Assembly: GCA_037441475.1 (NCBI GenBank)
Contig: JBBISB010000001.1
Location: 276,418-308,417, forward strand
DNA length: 32,000 nt
Direction of reading: 5' to 3'
Source: Candidatus Iainarchaeum sp.
GTDB lineage: Archaea > Iainarchaeota > Iainarchaeia > Iainarchaeales > CSSED10-239
Part shown: positions 8,752 to 17,314 of the stretch, in pieces
How the letters are laid out: every line of letters starts with the position of its first letter
How positions within the stretch are numbered: the first letter of the stretch is position 1
Program-made: the position numbers and the translations under genes
Notes under the pieces: model-generated
Told to the model about the DNA's origin: nothing
The model's input: the letters and a program-made list of their open reading frames with translations, nothing else
Databases searched by the model: none

Positions 8752-9141
8752 TTACTCTTCTGCTTCGCTTTCCTTTTCCAAAACAACTTCTTCTGCAGGA
8801 GCATCTTTTTTATTCTTTGCTTCTTTTTTTACTTTTCTTTCTGCTTTTAGAGCATCTTCTTTTTCTTTTTCTTGCTTTAAAACATCTCTAATATTATGTT
8901 CAAGTTCAACTTGTTTTAAAGTCTCTAAGTCATCATATATCTTAACATATGCATTAGATATCTTTGATCCAAACTCTTGTGAAATTTTATCAACAACAAC
9001 TAAAGTTTCGTTACATGCTAAAACAGAGGCAACCTTTGTTTGTAATTCTTTTTTACTTGGTGTCTTTGCACTTCTTATTTTTACAAAAACATTTGTTCTT
9101 TTTAAAAGTTCATTTCTTGATTTTTCAAATTCTATTTCCAT
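8752..9141 (-). CDS. rps24e: Ribosomal protein eS24
   Basis: MEIEFEKSRNELLKRTNVFVKIRSAKTPSKKEL..., position next to eS31, acidic/basic tail. Confidence 0.9.
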   Translation of the reverse strand: MEIEFEKSRNELLKRTNVFVKIRSAKTPSKKELQTKVASVLACNETLVVVDKISQEFGSKISNAYVKIYDDLETLKQVELEHNIRDVLKQEKEKEDALKAERKVKKEAKNKKDAPAEEVVLEKESEAEE

Positions 9142-9206
9142 TAATTTTCACCTTATTTTTTCATTTAATCTTTGAGAGAGATTATATTTTCTTTTATAAA
9201 AAAGAA

Positions 9207-9226
9207 AACTTTACTTTCGTAAAGTT
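9207..9226 (-). terminator. Stem-loop with GAAA tetraloop followed by T-rich tract
   Basis: Minus strand reads AACTTTAC-GAAA-GTAAAGTT then TTCTTTTTT, between the Spt4 and eS24 genes. Confidence 0.4.
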
Positions 9227-9259
9227 ATTTATAAAATAAGTATCAACTATTTAAAAAAA

Positions 9260-9484
9260 TCACCTACTCAACCTTAGAGCGTATTTACCAGGAACAGTAA
9301 CATCCATGGCTATACCAATTTCTGATTTTTCAGGATTAATTACTAAAGCAGAGCCTTTCCAGAAAGTTGTAAAGTTTGTAGACTGGCAAACAGGACAAAC
9401 CTTTACAGATTCTTCTTTTCCCTTTTCATTAACTTCTACTTCTTCAATTATCTTTCTACATTTTCTACATGCTTTTTTATTCAT
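9260..9484 (-). CDS. spt4: Transcription elongation factor Spt4 / RNA polymerase subunit E''
   Basis: MNKKACRKCRKIIEE...CPVCQSTNFTTFWKGSALVINPEKSEIGIAM; overlaps rpo7 stop/start by 4 nt. Confidence 0.93.
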   Translation of the reverse strand: MNKKACRKCRKIIEEVEVNEKGKEESVKVCPVCQSTNFTTFWKGSALVINPEKSEIGIAMDVTVPGKYALRLSR

Positions 9485-10119
9485 TTCTTACCACCTTTTT
9501 TAGCAGGTGCTTTTTTACTTGTAGTTTCTTTTTCTTTAGTTTCTTTTTTAGATGTTCTAGCTACTTTCTTTTCCATCTTTGCATCAATATCTTGCCACTC
9601 AGCTTTACCTAAACCATTTTGTCTCATTGAAAGACCAATCTTAGTTTCAGCAATTGTTTTCTTGAAACTAACATTTGAAATTCTAACTAAAACCTTATCT
9701 TCAACAACCAAAGTTTTTTTACTTTCTTTTGCAAAGAAACCAGGAAGTTCAGGATTATAGGAATTAAAATCTGGCATTACTTGAGAAACATGACATAAAC
9801 CTTCAAAAGGACCGATGTTGATGAAAGCACCAAAATCTGTTGCTTGGCTAACTCTTCCTCTCATGACCTCATGTATCTTAGGAAAATAACTGATTACTCT
9901 AAATTTAGCTCTAAAGAAAACATCTGAGTCTCCTGTTATTATTTCTCCTTCACTATGCTCTAAAACATCTGTAACAGTAATAATAAGACCAATATCCTTA
10001 TCAATAACACCATCATAGTTTATTGATAACTGTTCTTTTAAGATATCTTTTAATTCTCCTGAAAGATTTAAAGGAGAAACTGAAACAATTCCTTCTATGT
10101 CAAATTTTTTGTAACCCAT
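9481..10119 (-). CDS. rpo7: DNA-directed RNA polymerase subunit Rpo7 (E') with Lys-rich C-terminal tail
   Basis: MGYKKFDIEGIVSVSPLNL...VMRGRVSQATDFGAFINIGPFEGLCHVSQV (S1 domain). Confidence 0.93.
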   Translation of the reverse strand: MGYKKFDIEGIVSVSPLNLSGELKDILKEQLSINYDGVIDKDIGLIITVTDVLEHSEGEIITGDSDVFFRAKFRVISYFPKIHEVMRGRVSQATDFGAFINIGPFEGLCHVSQVMPDFNSYNPELPGFFAKESKKTLVVEDKVLVRISNVSFKKTIAETKIGLSMRQNGLGKAEWQDIDAKMEKKVARTSKKETKEKETTSKKAPAKKGGKK

Positions 10120-10140
10120 ATAAAATTCCTCTTTATATAT

Positions 10141-10557
10141 TTATATTAATAAAACACTATTTAATTTTAATGTTAGGACTCTATTTTTTCTAAGCTTTAT
10201 TTTATCTTTTAACTTTCTATCGTTTGTATACACTAAGTATTTATCACTGTAATATATTAATAAATTATCTATTTTTTGATATTTTGGGCTTAATGCTAAA
10301 ATACTCTCATCAACCTTTAAAATTTCAAATTTACCTAAATCTTTTAATTTTTCTAAATAATTTTTTGTAATTGCAAGTTTTCTTGGTTTATCTTTATAAA
10401 CCTTTGAAAGCTCATCAATTACTTTATCTAAAATGAAAAACTTTGCATCAGGAATTAATATTTTCACATAATCAAAGATATCTTTCTTGTTTTCATACAT
10501 GTAAATTAATACATTAGTATCAATTAAGATGTTATTTGATCTCGCCATATCCTGCAA
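10141..10557 (-). CDS. PIN-domain protein of the aIF2-gamma/rpoE neighbourhood
   Basis: ILIDTNVLIY...FILDKVIDEL...DNLLIYYSDKYLVYTNDRKLKDKI, acidic PIN motifs; overlaps aIF2-gamma 3' end. Confidence 0.85.
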   Translation of the reverse strand: MQDMARSNNILIDTNVLIYMYENKKDIFDYVKILIPDAKFFILDKVIDELSKVYKDKPRKLAITKNYLEKLKDLGKFEILKVDESILALSPKYQKIDNLLIYYSDKYLVYTNDRKLKDKIKLRKNRVLTLKLNSVLLI

Positions 10558-11737
10558 GTCTCCATCTACTATTTACATTTCTACTTACTGCGACTTTATT
10601 TTTTGGATAATAGGCAGCAGATCTTGAAAGTAAAATTTCAAATTCATTATTTTTATTTATTTTTTTAATAACACCAAATTGTGCAGCAGAACCAATAACA
10701 AGAACCACTTTTTCACCAATCTTAAATTCTGTTTTATTAGGTTCTAAAAGTCTATCTATCTTAAAATAATCAATCTTAAGATTAACTGATAAAATAGGTT
10801 TTGATTTTTCGTCACAAACTAACTGTCCAACCATTTTATCTGAAAAACAAATAAAAGGATCTAAATCAGTACCAATAGCTATTAAACCACCAGCATGTGC
10901 TTGTTTTAAAGATATTTTTTCTGAGTTTAAGGATTTTACAACAAACTCTAAAGGTCCATTTTCCAAACCAGGGTAGATAAATACCTTATCGTTTAAAGAA
11001 AGTTTACCTTGCATTATAGCCCCACCAATAACTCCACCTTTTAAATCCTTTATGTTTGTTGAAGGTTTATTAATGTCAAAAGATCTTATAATCTGCATCT
11101 TTAAAGGAAGGTTTGATTGCTCCTCTTTTGACGGTAAGGGCATAGTGTTAACTATAGCGTAGATTAAAGCATCTATATTAGTGTCAAAATGAGCTGATGT
11201 TGGGATTATAGGTGCATTTTCATAACCAACACTATCTAAAAAAGCTCTAAGTTTAGTATGGTTTATTAAAGCATCTTCTTTACTAACTAAGTCAATTTTG
11301 TTTTGAGCAACAACAAGATTCTTTATACCATGCATCTTAAGTGCTAAAAGATGTTCAACAGTTCTTGGTTGAGGACATTCTTCATTTGCAGCTACAACTA
11401 AGATTGCACCGTTAAGTAAAGCAGCACCAGAAAGCATAACAGCCATTAAGGTTTCGTGTCCAGGAGCATCTACAAAAGAAACTTTTCTTACCATTTGTGT
11501 TTTATTGCCTGTTAAAGGATGAGTTTTTTGAGAGGTGTAACTTGAAATACCATCGACAGTAGGATCAATATAAAACTCTACATCAGCATACCCTAACTTA
11601 ATAGAGATACCTTGCTTTATTTCCTCAGAGTGACTATCAGTCCATTTTCCTGTAAGTTTTGAAGTTAATGTTGTTTTACCGTGATCAACATGTCCAACAA
11701 TTCCAACATTTATTTCTGCTTGTATTTCATTTGTCAT
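10532..11737 (-). CDS. eif2g: Translation initiation factor aIF2 subunit gamma
   Basis: INVGIVGHVDHGKTTL, SFVDAPGHETLMAVMLSGAALLNGAILVVAANE, NKIDLV GTPase motifs. Confidence 0.97.
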   Translation of the reverse strand: MTNEIQAEINVGIVGHVDHGKTTLTSKLTGKWTDSHSEEIKQGISIKLGYADVEFYIDPTVDGISSYTSQKTHPLTGNKTQMVRKVSFVDAPGHETLMAVMLSGAALLNGAILVVAANEECPQPRTVEHLLALKMHGIKNLVVAQNKIDLVSKEDALINHTKLRAFLDSVGYENAPIIPTSAHFDTNIDALIYAIVNTMPLPSKEEQSNLPLKMQIIRSFDINKPSTNIKDLKGGVIGGAIMQGKLSLNDKVFIYPGLENGPLEFVVKSLNSEKISLKQAHAGGLIAIGTDLDPFICFSDKMVGQLVCDEKSKPILSVNLKIDYFKIDRLLEPNKTEFKIGEKVVLVIGSAAQFGVIKKINKNNEFEILLSRSAAYYPKNKVAVSRNVNSRWRLAGYGEIK

Positions 11738-11743
11738 GATTTC

Positions 11744-12063
11744 TTATCCTTTATTCTTTTTATGAATGGTTTCTAATGTAAAAAATATTCTCCAGCGATT
11801 ATAAAGATCAGGCCATTCTTTTTGTCTTTTTTTTAAAACCTCATTCATGGATGTTAATGTGGCAAGTTCAATTTCTGCTTTTCCTCTATTTTCTCTATAT
11901 ATCTTAATAACAGATTCGACAGAGGGTTCTTTTTTAGTTTTAGCTAAAAATCAACTTTTCTTCTTGTGTTTTTAATTTCCTGAACACTTCTTGAATTTAC
12001 TTCTTCAATTAATTTTTTAGGAGAAACTGGTTTTCCTATAATTTTTTTATTTGGCTTTGGCAT
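11744..12063 (-). pseudogene. Frame-disrupted small basic protein of unknown family
   Basis: ATG at 12063 opens MPKPNKKIIGKPVSPKKLIEEVNSRSVQEIKNTRRKVDF* (stop 11946-11944). The next frame continues AKTKKEPSVESVIKIYRENRGKAEIELATLTSMNEVLKKRQKEWPDLYNRWRIFFTLETIHKKNKG* to 11744. Adding one T to the T5 run (11946-11950) gives one 106 aa ORF. Confidence 0.6.
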
Positions 12064-12119
12064 ATTTTCTTCTATTGAATATTTATTTTATTAAAAGAAA
12101 AATTTTATTTTTTAAAAAA

Positions 12120-12506
12120 TTATTTCTTTTCTTCCTTAGGTTTAAAATACTTTTCAGATAAGATTTTAGTGTCTCCAGAAGTTACCTTAATATTTATTTG
12201 TTGAATATGGTTTGAAATAATTCTTCCAGCAACTCTTCTTCTTCTTCTTTCCCTTTTTCTTGTTGGTTTAAAGCCAACTCCACCAGTCAATAATAATTTT
12301 TTTCTATTCTCTGAGTCAACAGTACCGTGCATTGGAAAACCATCTTTATCAGATCCTCCAGTAATAATACCCTTAAGACCTGCTGAAATAAAAGATAAGT
12401 CAACTTCATCTTTTATTTTTTTACCTACAAAGTAAAGACCTGTCTTTTCATCAGTATCAACAGAATAGGTTTTTGAATTTTTTGGATCTGCAACATTTAA
12501 TTTCAT
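12120..12506 (-). CDS. rps6e: Ribosomal protein eS6
   Basis: MKLNVADPKNSKTYSVD...GLKGIITGGSDKDGFPM...GVGFKPTRKRERRRRRVAGRIISNHIQQINIKV. Confidence 0.95.
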   Translation of the reverse strand: MKLNVADPKNSKTYSVDTDEKTGLYFVGKKIKDEVDLSFISAGLKGIITGGSDKDGFPMHGTVDSENRKKLLLTGGVGFKPTRKRERRRRRVAGRIISNHIQQINIKVTSGDTKILSEKYFKPKEEKK

Positions 12507-12546
12507 TTTTAAAACACCTCTATATTGTTTTTTTATAAATATTTTT

Positions 12547-14286
12547 TTAATTACTAACTCTTTTTGATTTTATATTGTAAAGCATATCTTGTTCTTCATT
12601 TGTAAGATCATCAAGAATAAGTTCAAGTTTTTTAATAGCCCAATCAGGAACATAAACTGAAAGAACATTCTCTTCCTTAAAATCCTTTAAGTAAACTGCA
12701 TTTTTAATGGATACTGCTGCTTCAAAGCCTCTTTCTAAAATATCTAAGGCTTTTCCTTCAGCCTGAAGAGCTTCAACAATACCAATCTCTTTATCTCCAT
12801 TTAAAAGTTTACAACCAGGGGTTAATTTTCCTTTTAAAACCTTAACACCTACAATAGCAGGTTTACTTGTCCTAAAAACATGGTTTTTTAAAACTTTAAT
12901 TTCACAAGGGAAAACTATATCTTTTAATAGTTTATCTTTCTCTTGTTTATTTTCTTTTAAAAGCCAATCTGCATGCTCTTCTATTAATTTATAAATGATA
13001 TTATTTTTAAAGACAGGTATTTTCTCTTTATTTAAATCATCTAAAAAATCTTTTGAAATTTCAGCATTAAATAAAAACAATACTCCTTTCTTTTTATCTT
13101 TCTCATGTAAGACCTTTACTTCTAAAAGATCTTTTTGAGTAACAGGCCCAATATCTGCTTTTGCTATTGGGATATTATTTTTTGTTAAAAGTTTTGTTAA
13201 AGCCTCTAAAGACCCTAAAGTATCTGTTTTTACAAAAGATCCATCAACATCTGATGATACAAAACCACCTAATGGTTTTTCTTTAAGTCTTGAAACTGCT
13301 TCTATGTCTTCTGAAGAAACTATAATACTTCCAGGAAGAGCTTTCTCAAGATCTGGCGCTACTATCTTAACACCACTTGCAGCTGAAACAAAATCTACAC
13401 TTTTATAATCTCTCTTTTTATTAATTGCACTCATAACATTTAACTTTAAAAGAGACTTAACTTTTGTTTCAATAACTCCTTCTCTTGAAAGAAAAGAAAT
13501 TCTATCTTTAACTTTTAAAACACCTTGGTAGATAATAGCATCTACTGTTTTTCCTATACCTTTAATCTCACCAATCTCTAAAATCGTTCCTTGTGATTTT
13601 TGAGAAGGCTCAATTGTTATTCTAGGACCTAAAAATTTCTGTGAAAGAACTGCTAAAAACAAAATTGCTTCTGTTAAACCATATTCTTTTTCACATGAAG
13701 TTGGAATAATTGCAATCTGCTTTTTAAAATCTGTTATTCTATCAAACCTTTCAGCAGCAAAACCCTTATCATACAACTGTCCAACAATCTTATATATTTT
13801 TTCATCAATTCTTTCTGTTGTAGACTTAGATTGACTTTCAAGAGATGTTGATACATCTTTTCCTTCTTGAAAATAACCTGATATTAAATCTATTTTATTT
13901 GCAGCAATAATAAAAGGAACCTTATACATTTTTAATATTTCTAAAGTTTCTATATCTTGTGCTTGCATACCTTTATTAACATCAACAACTAAAACTACAA
14001 GATCAGCTAAAGATCCACCACGCTCTCTTAAATTATCAAAAGCATTATGTCCTGGTGTGTCTATGAATAATATACCAGGAAGAGTAATTTCAAAGTTGTA
14101 TTTTTTAAAAAGATGAGAACATATTTTTAAAATAACATCTGAGGATATCTCTGTTGCACCAATATGCTGGGTAATTTTTCCAGCTTCAAGCTTTGCAATA
14201 CCGGTACCTTTGATTTTATCTAGAAAGGTTGTCTTTCCAGAATCAATATGTCCCATTATTGTTATTATTGGTTGTCTAAACAACAA
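12547..14286 (-). CDS. infB: Translation initiation factor aIF5B (IF-2 homologue), TTG start
   Basis: PIITIMGHIDSGKTTFLDKI...GILFIDTPGHNAFDNLRERGGSLADLVVLVVDVNKG...ANKIDLI; GGTGAT upstream of TTG. Confidence 0.95.
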   Translation of the reverse strand: MLFRQPIITIMGHIDSGKTTFLDKIKGTGIAKLEAGKITQHIGATEISSDVILKICSHLFKKYNFEITLPGILFIDTPGHNAFDNLRERGGSLADLVVLVVDVNKGMQAQDIETLEILKMYKVPFIIAANKIDLISGYFQEGKDVSTSLESQSKSTTERIDEKIYKIVGQLYDKGFAAERFDRITDFKKQIAIIPTSCEKEYGLTEAILFLAVLSQKFLGPRITIEPSQKSQGTILEIGEIKGIGKTVDAIIYQGVLKVKDRISFLSREGVIETKVKSLLKLNVMSAINKKRDYKSVDFVSAASGVKIVAPDLEKALPGSIIVSSEDIEAVSRLKEKPLGGFVSSDVDGSFVKTDTLGSLEALTKLLTKNNIPIAKADIGPVTQKDLLEVKVLHEKDKKKGVLFLFNAEISKDFLDDLNKEKIPVFKNNIIYKLIEEHADWLLKENKQEKDKLLKDIVFPCEIKVLKNHVFRTSKPAIVGVKVLKGKLTPGCKLLNGDKEIGIVEALQAEGKALDILERGFEAAVSIKNAVYLKDFKEENVLSVYVPDWAIKKLELILDDLTNEEQDMLYNIKSKRVSN

Positions 14287-14409
14287 AAATCACCTTTGTT
14301 TTTTATATTATTTTAAAAAATCAGATTCTCCTTTCTGTTAAAAAAAATTAAATTAATTTTTTATTTTTATTATTAAAAACAAAAAAAATATAAAATAGAA
14401 AAAGAAAAA

Positions 14410-14607
14410 TTACTTTTTCTTCAAGTGTCTTTCTTTTTCTATATGATATTTATTTGTCCACTTTGTCTTGTGTGCTTTAAACTTCTTTTCAAGAACATTT
14501 ATCTTACATTTACTTGAACAAAATAAATGTGTTGTTCCATCTTTCTTTACATACAAGATTCCAGTTCCTTTTGGTATTGCTTTTCCGCAAAATGTACATT
14601 CCATCAA
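14410..14607 (-). CDS. rpl24e: Ribosomal protein eL24
   Basis: ECTFCGKAIPKGTGILYVKKDGTTHLFCSSKC. Confidence 0.93.
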   Translation of the reverse strand: MMECTFCGKAIPKGTGILYVKKDGTTHLFCSSKCKINVLEKKFKAHKTKWTNKYHIEKERHLKKK

Positions 14608-14614
14608 AAATCAC

Positions 14615-14824
14615 CTAACGTGCCTTAATGTCTTTTGCTTCTGTTTCAGGATTCATTAATAATAGAACGTCCCCTTTCTTAACATTACCTTTGACATTTC
14701 TTTTTTTTATTCTACCTTTTTCGTAACCGTCAATAACTCTGCAAAGAACTTGGGTAGCTTCTCCTCTTGAACCTGTTCTACCTACTACTTCAACTACTTC
14801 AGCAGGTATTCCTTCATCAGCCAT
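14615..14824 (-). CDS. rps28e: Ribosomal protein eS28
   Basis: IPAEVVEVVGRTGSRGEATQVLCRVIDGYEKGRIKKRNVKGNVKKGDVLLL. Confidence 0.95.
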   Translation of the reverse strand: MADEGIPAEVVEVVGRTGSRGEATQVLCRVIDGYEKGRIKKRNVKGNVKKGDVLLLMNPETEAKDIKAR

Positions 14825-14840
14825 ATATTATTCCTCCCAC

Positions 14841-15314
14841 TTATTCTTTGTTTTCTTTAGCGTCTTTAACTTCAGCTACTTTAGGTTTTTCTTTTTTAAC
14901 TTCAGCTTTAGGTTTTTCTTCCTTAACAACAGCTTTCTTTCCACCAGATACTTCTTCTATTTTATCTGTTAAAGTTGTTAATTCTTTTTGTAATGACCCT
15001 GCATCAGTTATTGCAATACAACTTGCTTTAGCTGAAATACCAACCATTTTTCCTAAATCTTCTTTTGTCTTTGCGTAAGAAAAAGTAATTTTCTTTTCTT
15101 TTGCTATAATAGGGATATGCATTACAATTTCAGCTGGAGAAACATCTTCTGCAATAATAACAAGTTTTGCATTTCCTCTCTCAATTGTTTTTGTAACTTC
15201 GTTTATACCTATTTTTATTTTACCTGCTTTTGATATTTTCTTAACAGTTTCATCTTGTAAAACTCTTAAGTCTTCAGGCATAGAGAATTTTATAAATTCA
15301 GACATGACAAACAA
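14841..15314 (-). CDS. rpl7ae: Ribosomal protein eL8 (L7Ae)
   Basis: KAGKIKIGINEVTKTIERGNAKLVIIAEDVSPAEIVMHIPIIAKEKKI. Confidence 0.95.
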   Translation of the reverse strand: MFVMSEFIKFSMPEDLRVLQDETVKKISKAGKIKIGINEVTKTIERGNAKLVIIAEDVSPAEIVMHIPIIAKEKKITFSYAKTKEDLGKMVGISAKASCIAITDAGSLQKELTTLTDKIEEVSGGKKAVVKEEKPKAEVKKEKPKVAEVKDAKENKE

Positions 15315-15457
15315 CCTCCTTATAGTGTCATTGGTTTTTTAGTTTTTTTTAAAAAAAGAACTATATATATAAATATTATATACGAGGGAATGTTTTTAAA
15401 TATAATTATTTAAGAAAGATAAGAAAAAGATTATTAAAAATAAGAGAAAAGGAAAAA

Positions 15458-16183
15458 CTATTTTTTCCAATAGTCCTTAAAGTGAGAAAGTAAAGCATTT
15501 GCAAGAGTTGGATTGTTCTCTAAAACAGTTAAATTGTATGCTTTCTTTGGAGAAGATAAATCATTTAAAGCCATAATAACTTTCTTTTTATCAACAACAA
15601 AAGCATCCATAGAATGATTAGTCTCTTGAACAGAAACATGCTTTGGTATTTCATGAAGCTTTGTAACAGGATTTGTTAAAATACTTACATTTAAGTTTTT
15701 ATTAGTAAAAACAGATTTTAAGGAATCTATTCTTTCATCAAGATTTGTAAAACCATGTATCTCTTTTTGAGCACTTTCAAACTCTTGTGAAAGGAATTTG
15801 TTATAGTCTTTAAGGTTATTTACTTGTAAAACCTTTTCAGGAGTGTTTGTTGCATAAGAAGACCAGGTGGTATTTAAAACAACCTCATCTACTTTTTTAG
15901 AAAGGTTTAAAAGTTCGTTTTTCTTAGAGTCTAAAAGGCCTTTAAAGATTTCATCAGGATTAATTATTTTATAAGTTTTTGGACTTTTATAAACCTCTAA
16001 AACATATCCTTTTTCTTTAAGTTTATCTAAAACATCATATATTCTTGTTTTAGGAATTTCTGAGTTTCTACTTATGGTAGGTGCATCAGATTCAGAGAAT
16101 TTGAATAACGTAACAAGTGCTTTTGCTTCATACTCAGTTAAATTAAGCTCCTTTAAAAGAGAAACTAAATAATTGTCTTTCAT
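15458..16183 (-). CDS. TrmB-family transcriptional regulator
   Basis: N-terminal wHTH LLKELNLTEYEAKALVTLFKF...SEIPKTRIYDVLDKLKEKGYV typical of TrmB. Confidence 0.88.
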   Translation of the reverse strand: MKDNYLVSLLKELNLTEYEAKALVTLFKFSESDAPTISRNSEIPKTRIYDVLDKLKEKGYVLEVYKSPKTYKIINPDEIFKGLLDSKKNELLNLSKKVDEVVLNTTWSSYATNTPEKVLQVNNLKDYNKFLSQEFESAQKEIHGFTNLDERIDSLKSVFTNKNLNVSILTNPVTKLHEIPKHVSVQETNHSMDAFVVDKKKVIMALNDLSSPKKAYNLTVLENNPTLANALLSHFKDYWKK

Positions 16184-16261
16184 GTCATTTTCACACTCAT
16201 CTACGTTTTTATAAAGGTTAACCTTTTGTAATTAATCAATTACTATATATAGGATGTATAG

Positions 16262-16284
16262 TAACATTTAAATATATAATGTTA
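16262..16284. promoter_or_regulatory. Inverted repeat TAACATT-N9-AATGTTA upstream of the TrmB-family gene
   Basis: Perfect 7-bp arms around an AT-rich (TATA-like) core in the intergenic region upstream of 16183. Confidence 0.4.
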
Positions 16285-16292
16285 TTTAACAC

Positions 16293-17096
16293 CTATTTTT
16301 TAAAAGGTTTTTTAACAAACCTAGGCTTTGGTTTTCTTTCTCTAGGTTCATCATCTTTCTTATCATCAGTAGTTGTAACAAAGTCATCTATCTTATAGTT
16401 GTAATCCTTGTCAGACTTAATAAACCCATTTTTAAGTTGAAGTTCTCTGTTTAAAAGCCAGAAGTAAAGAGCAACTGATTTACGTCCCTTGTTATTGAAA
16501 GGTATTAAAAGATCAATATTTCTAACATTACTTGATGTTGTTGCAAGAGCAACGATTGGTACTCTTATTTTAGTAGCTTCTAAAATAGCTTGCCTATCTA
16601 TGTTAGGGTCAACAACAAATACTACCTTAGGCTCCATAAAATGTTCAGAATCAGGGTTTGTAAATGTTCCAGGTATAAATCTTCCAACCTTTGTCTTATA
16701 TCCAAAAGTTTTTTCAAGTAAAGTTAAACCAAATAAAGCATATTTCTTTCTTGAAACAAACACTACATCTTCAGGAGCAAATTTAGATATAAAGTCAATT
16801 GATGTTTTTATTCTTTGATCAATTACTTGCACATCCATTACATTTAATTTATCGCTTCTTGATTTAAAAATAAATCTTCTCATAGCTCCATTCTTATATT
16901 TTGTACCTATATGGATACCATTTTTAAGATAAAGATCAATATTAACTAATGTTTTTTGATTTTTATTATCATAAGCCTTGTTTTCATAAGCATTATTTTC
17001 ATAAGTCTTTTTTTCGTAAGTCTTTTCAACTATAGGTTCGTGCACTTTATCTAAGTTTTTACTTTCAAAAGTTTTATTTTCTGTATTCTTATTCAT
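16293..17096 (-). CDS. rps2: Ribosomal protein uS2 with N-terminal low-complexity extension
   Basis: KNGIHIGTKYKNGAMRRFIFKSR...INQ-like core, PKVVFVVDPNIDRQAILEATKIRVPIVALATTSSNVRNIDLLIPFNNKGRKSVALYFWLL. Confidence 0.93.
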   Translation of the reverse strand: MNKNTENKTFESKNLDKVHEPIVEKTYEKKTYENNAYENKAYDNKNQKTLVNIDLYLKNGIHIGTKYKNGAMRRFIFKSRSDKLNVMDVQVIDQRIKTSIDFISKFAPEDVVFVSRKKYALFGLTLLEKTFGYKTKVGRFIPGTFTNPDSEHFMEPKVVFVVDPNIDRQAILEATKIRVPIVALATTSSNVRNIDLLIPFNNKGRKSVALYFWLLNRELQLKNGFIKSDKDYNYKIDDFVTTTDDKKDDEPRERKPKPRFVKKPFKK

Positions 17097-17112
17097 CTAT
17101 GTTCACATTTTT

Positions 17113-17307
17113 TCAATTATACTTCATAATTTCATCAACCATTTCAACATTTGAAATGTACATTCTTCTGCAACAATATTTTCTAACCCCAAGGTTATCT
17201 AAAACTTGAGTTGGTTTTAATTTTTTATCTTTAATTTCTTTTAAATATTCTTCATAGTTGTGGGCAACTACTTGTCCACATGAAAAACAACGGATAGGAA
17301 TAATCAT
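17113..17307 (-). CDS. rpo10: DNA-directed RNA polymerase subunit Rpo10 (N)
   Basis: MIIPIRCFSCGQVV...LGVRKYCCRRMYISNVEMVDEIMKY. Confidence 0.97.
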   Translation of the reverse strand: MIIPIRCFSCGQVVAHNYEEYLKEIKDKKLKPTQVLDNLGVRKYCCRRMYISNVEMVDEIMKYN

Positions 17308-17314
17308 TAATTAT

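Noticed and set aside
10141-10557. VapC toxin of a toxin-antitoxin pair
   Set aside because: No small antitoxin gene is adjacent, and a PIN gene between aIF2-gamma and rpo7 is a known conserved archaeal arrangement, so a housekeeping role is more likely.
14767-15078. Plus-strand ORFs antisense to ribosomal genes (also 25697-26068, 28059-28502, 27047-27253, 19788-19970, 23559-23813)
   Set aside because: They mirror conserved ribosomal protein genes, have Phe/Leu-rich composition typical of the complement of Lys-rich coding sequence, and show no recognisable motifs.
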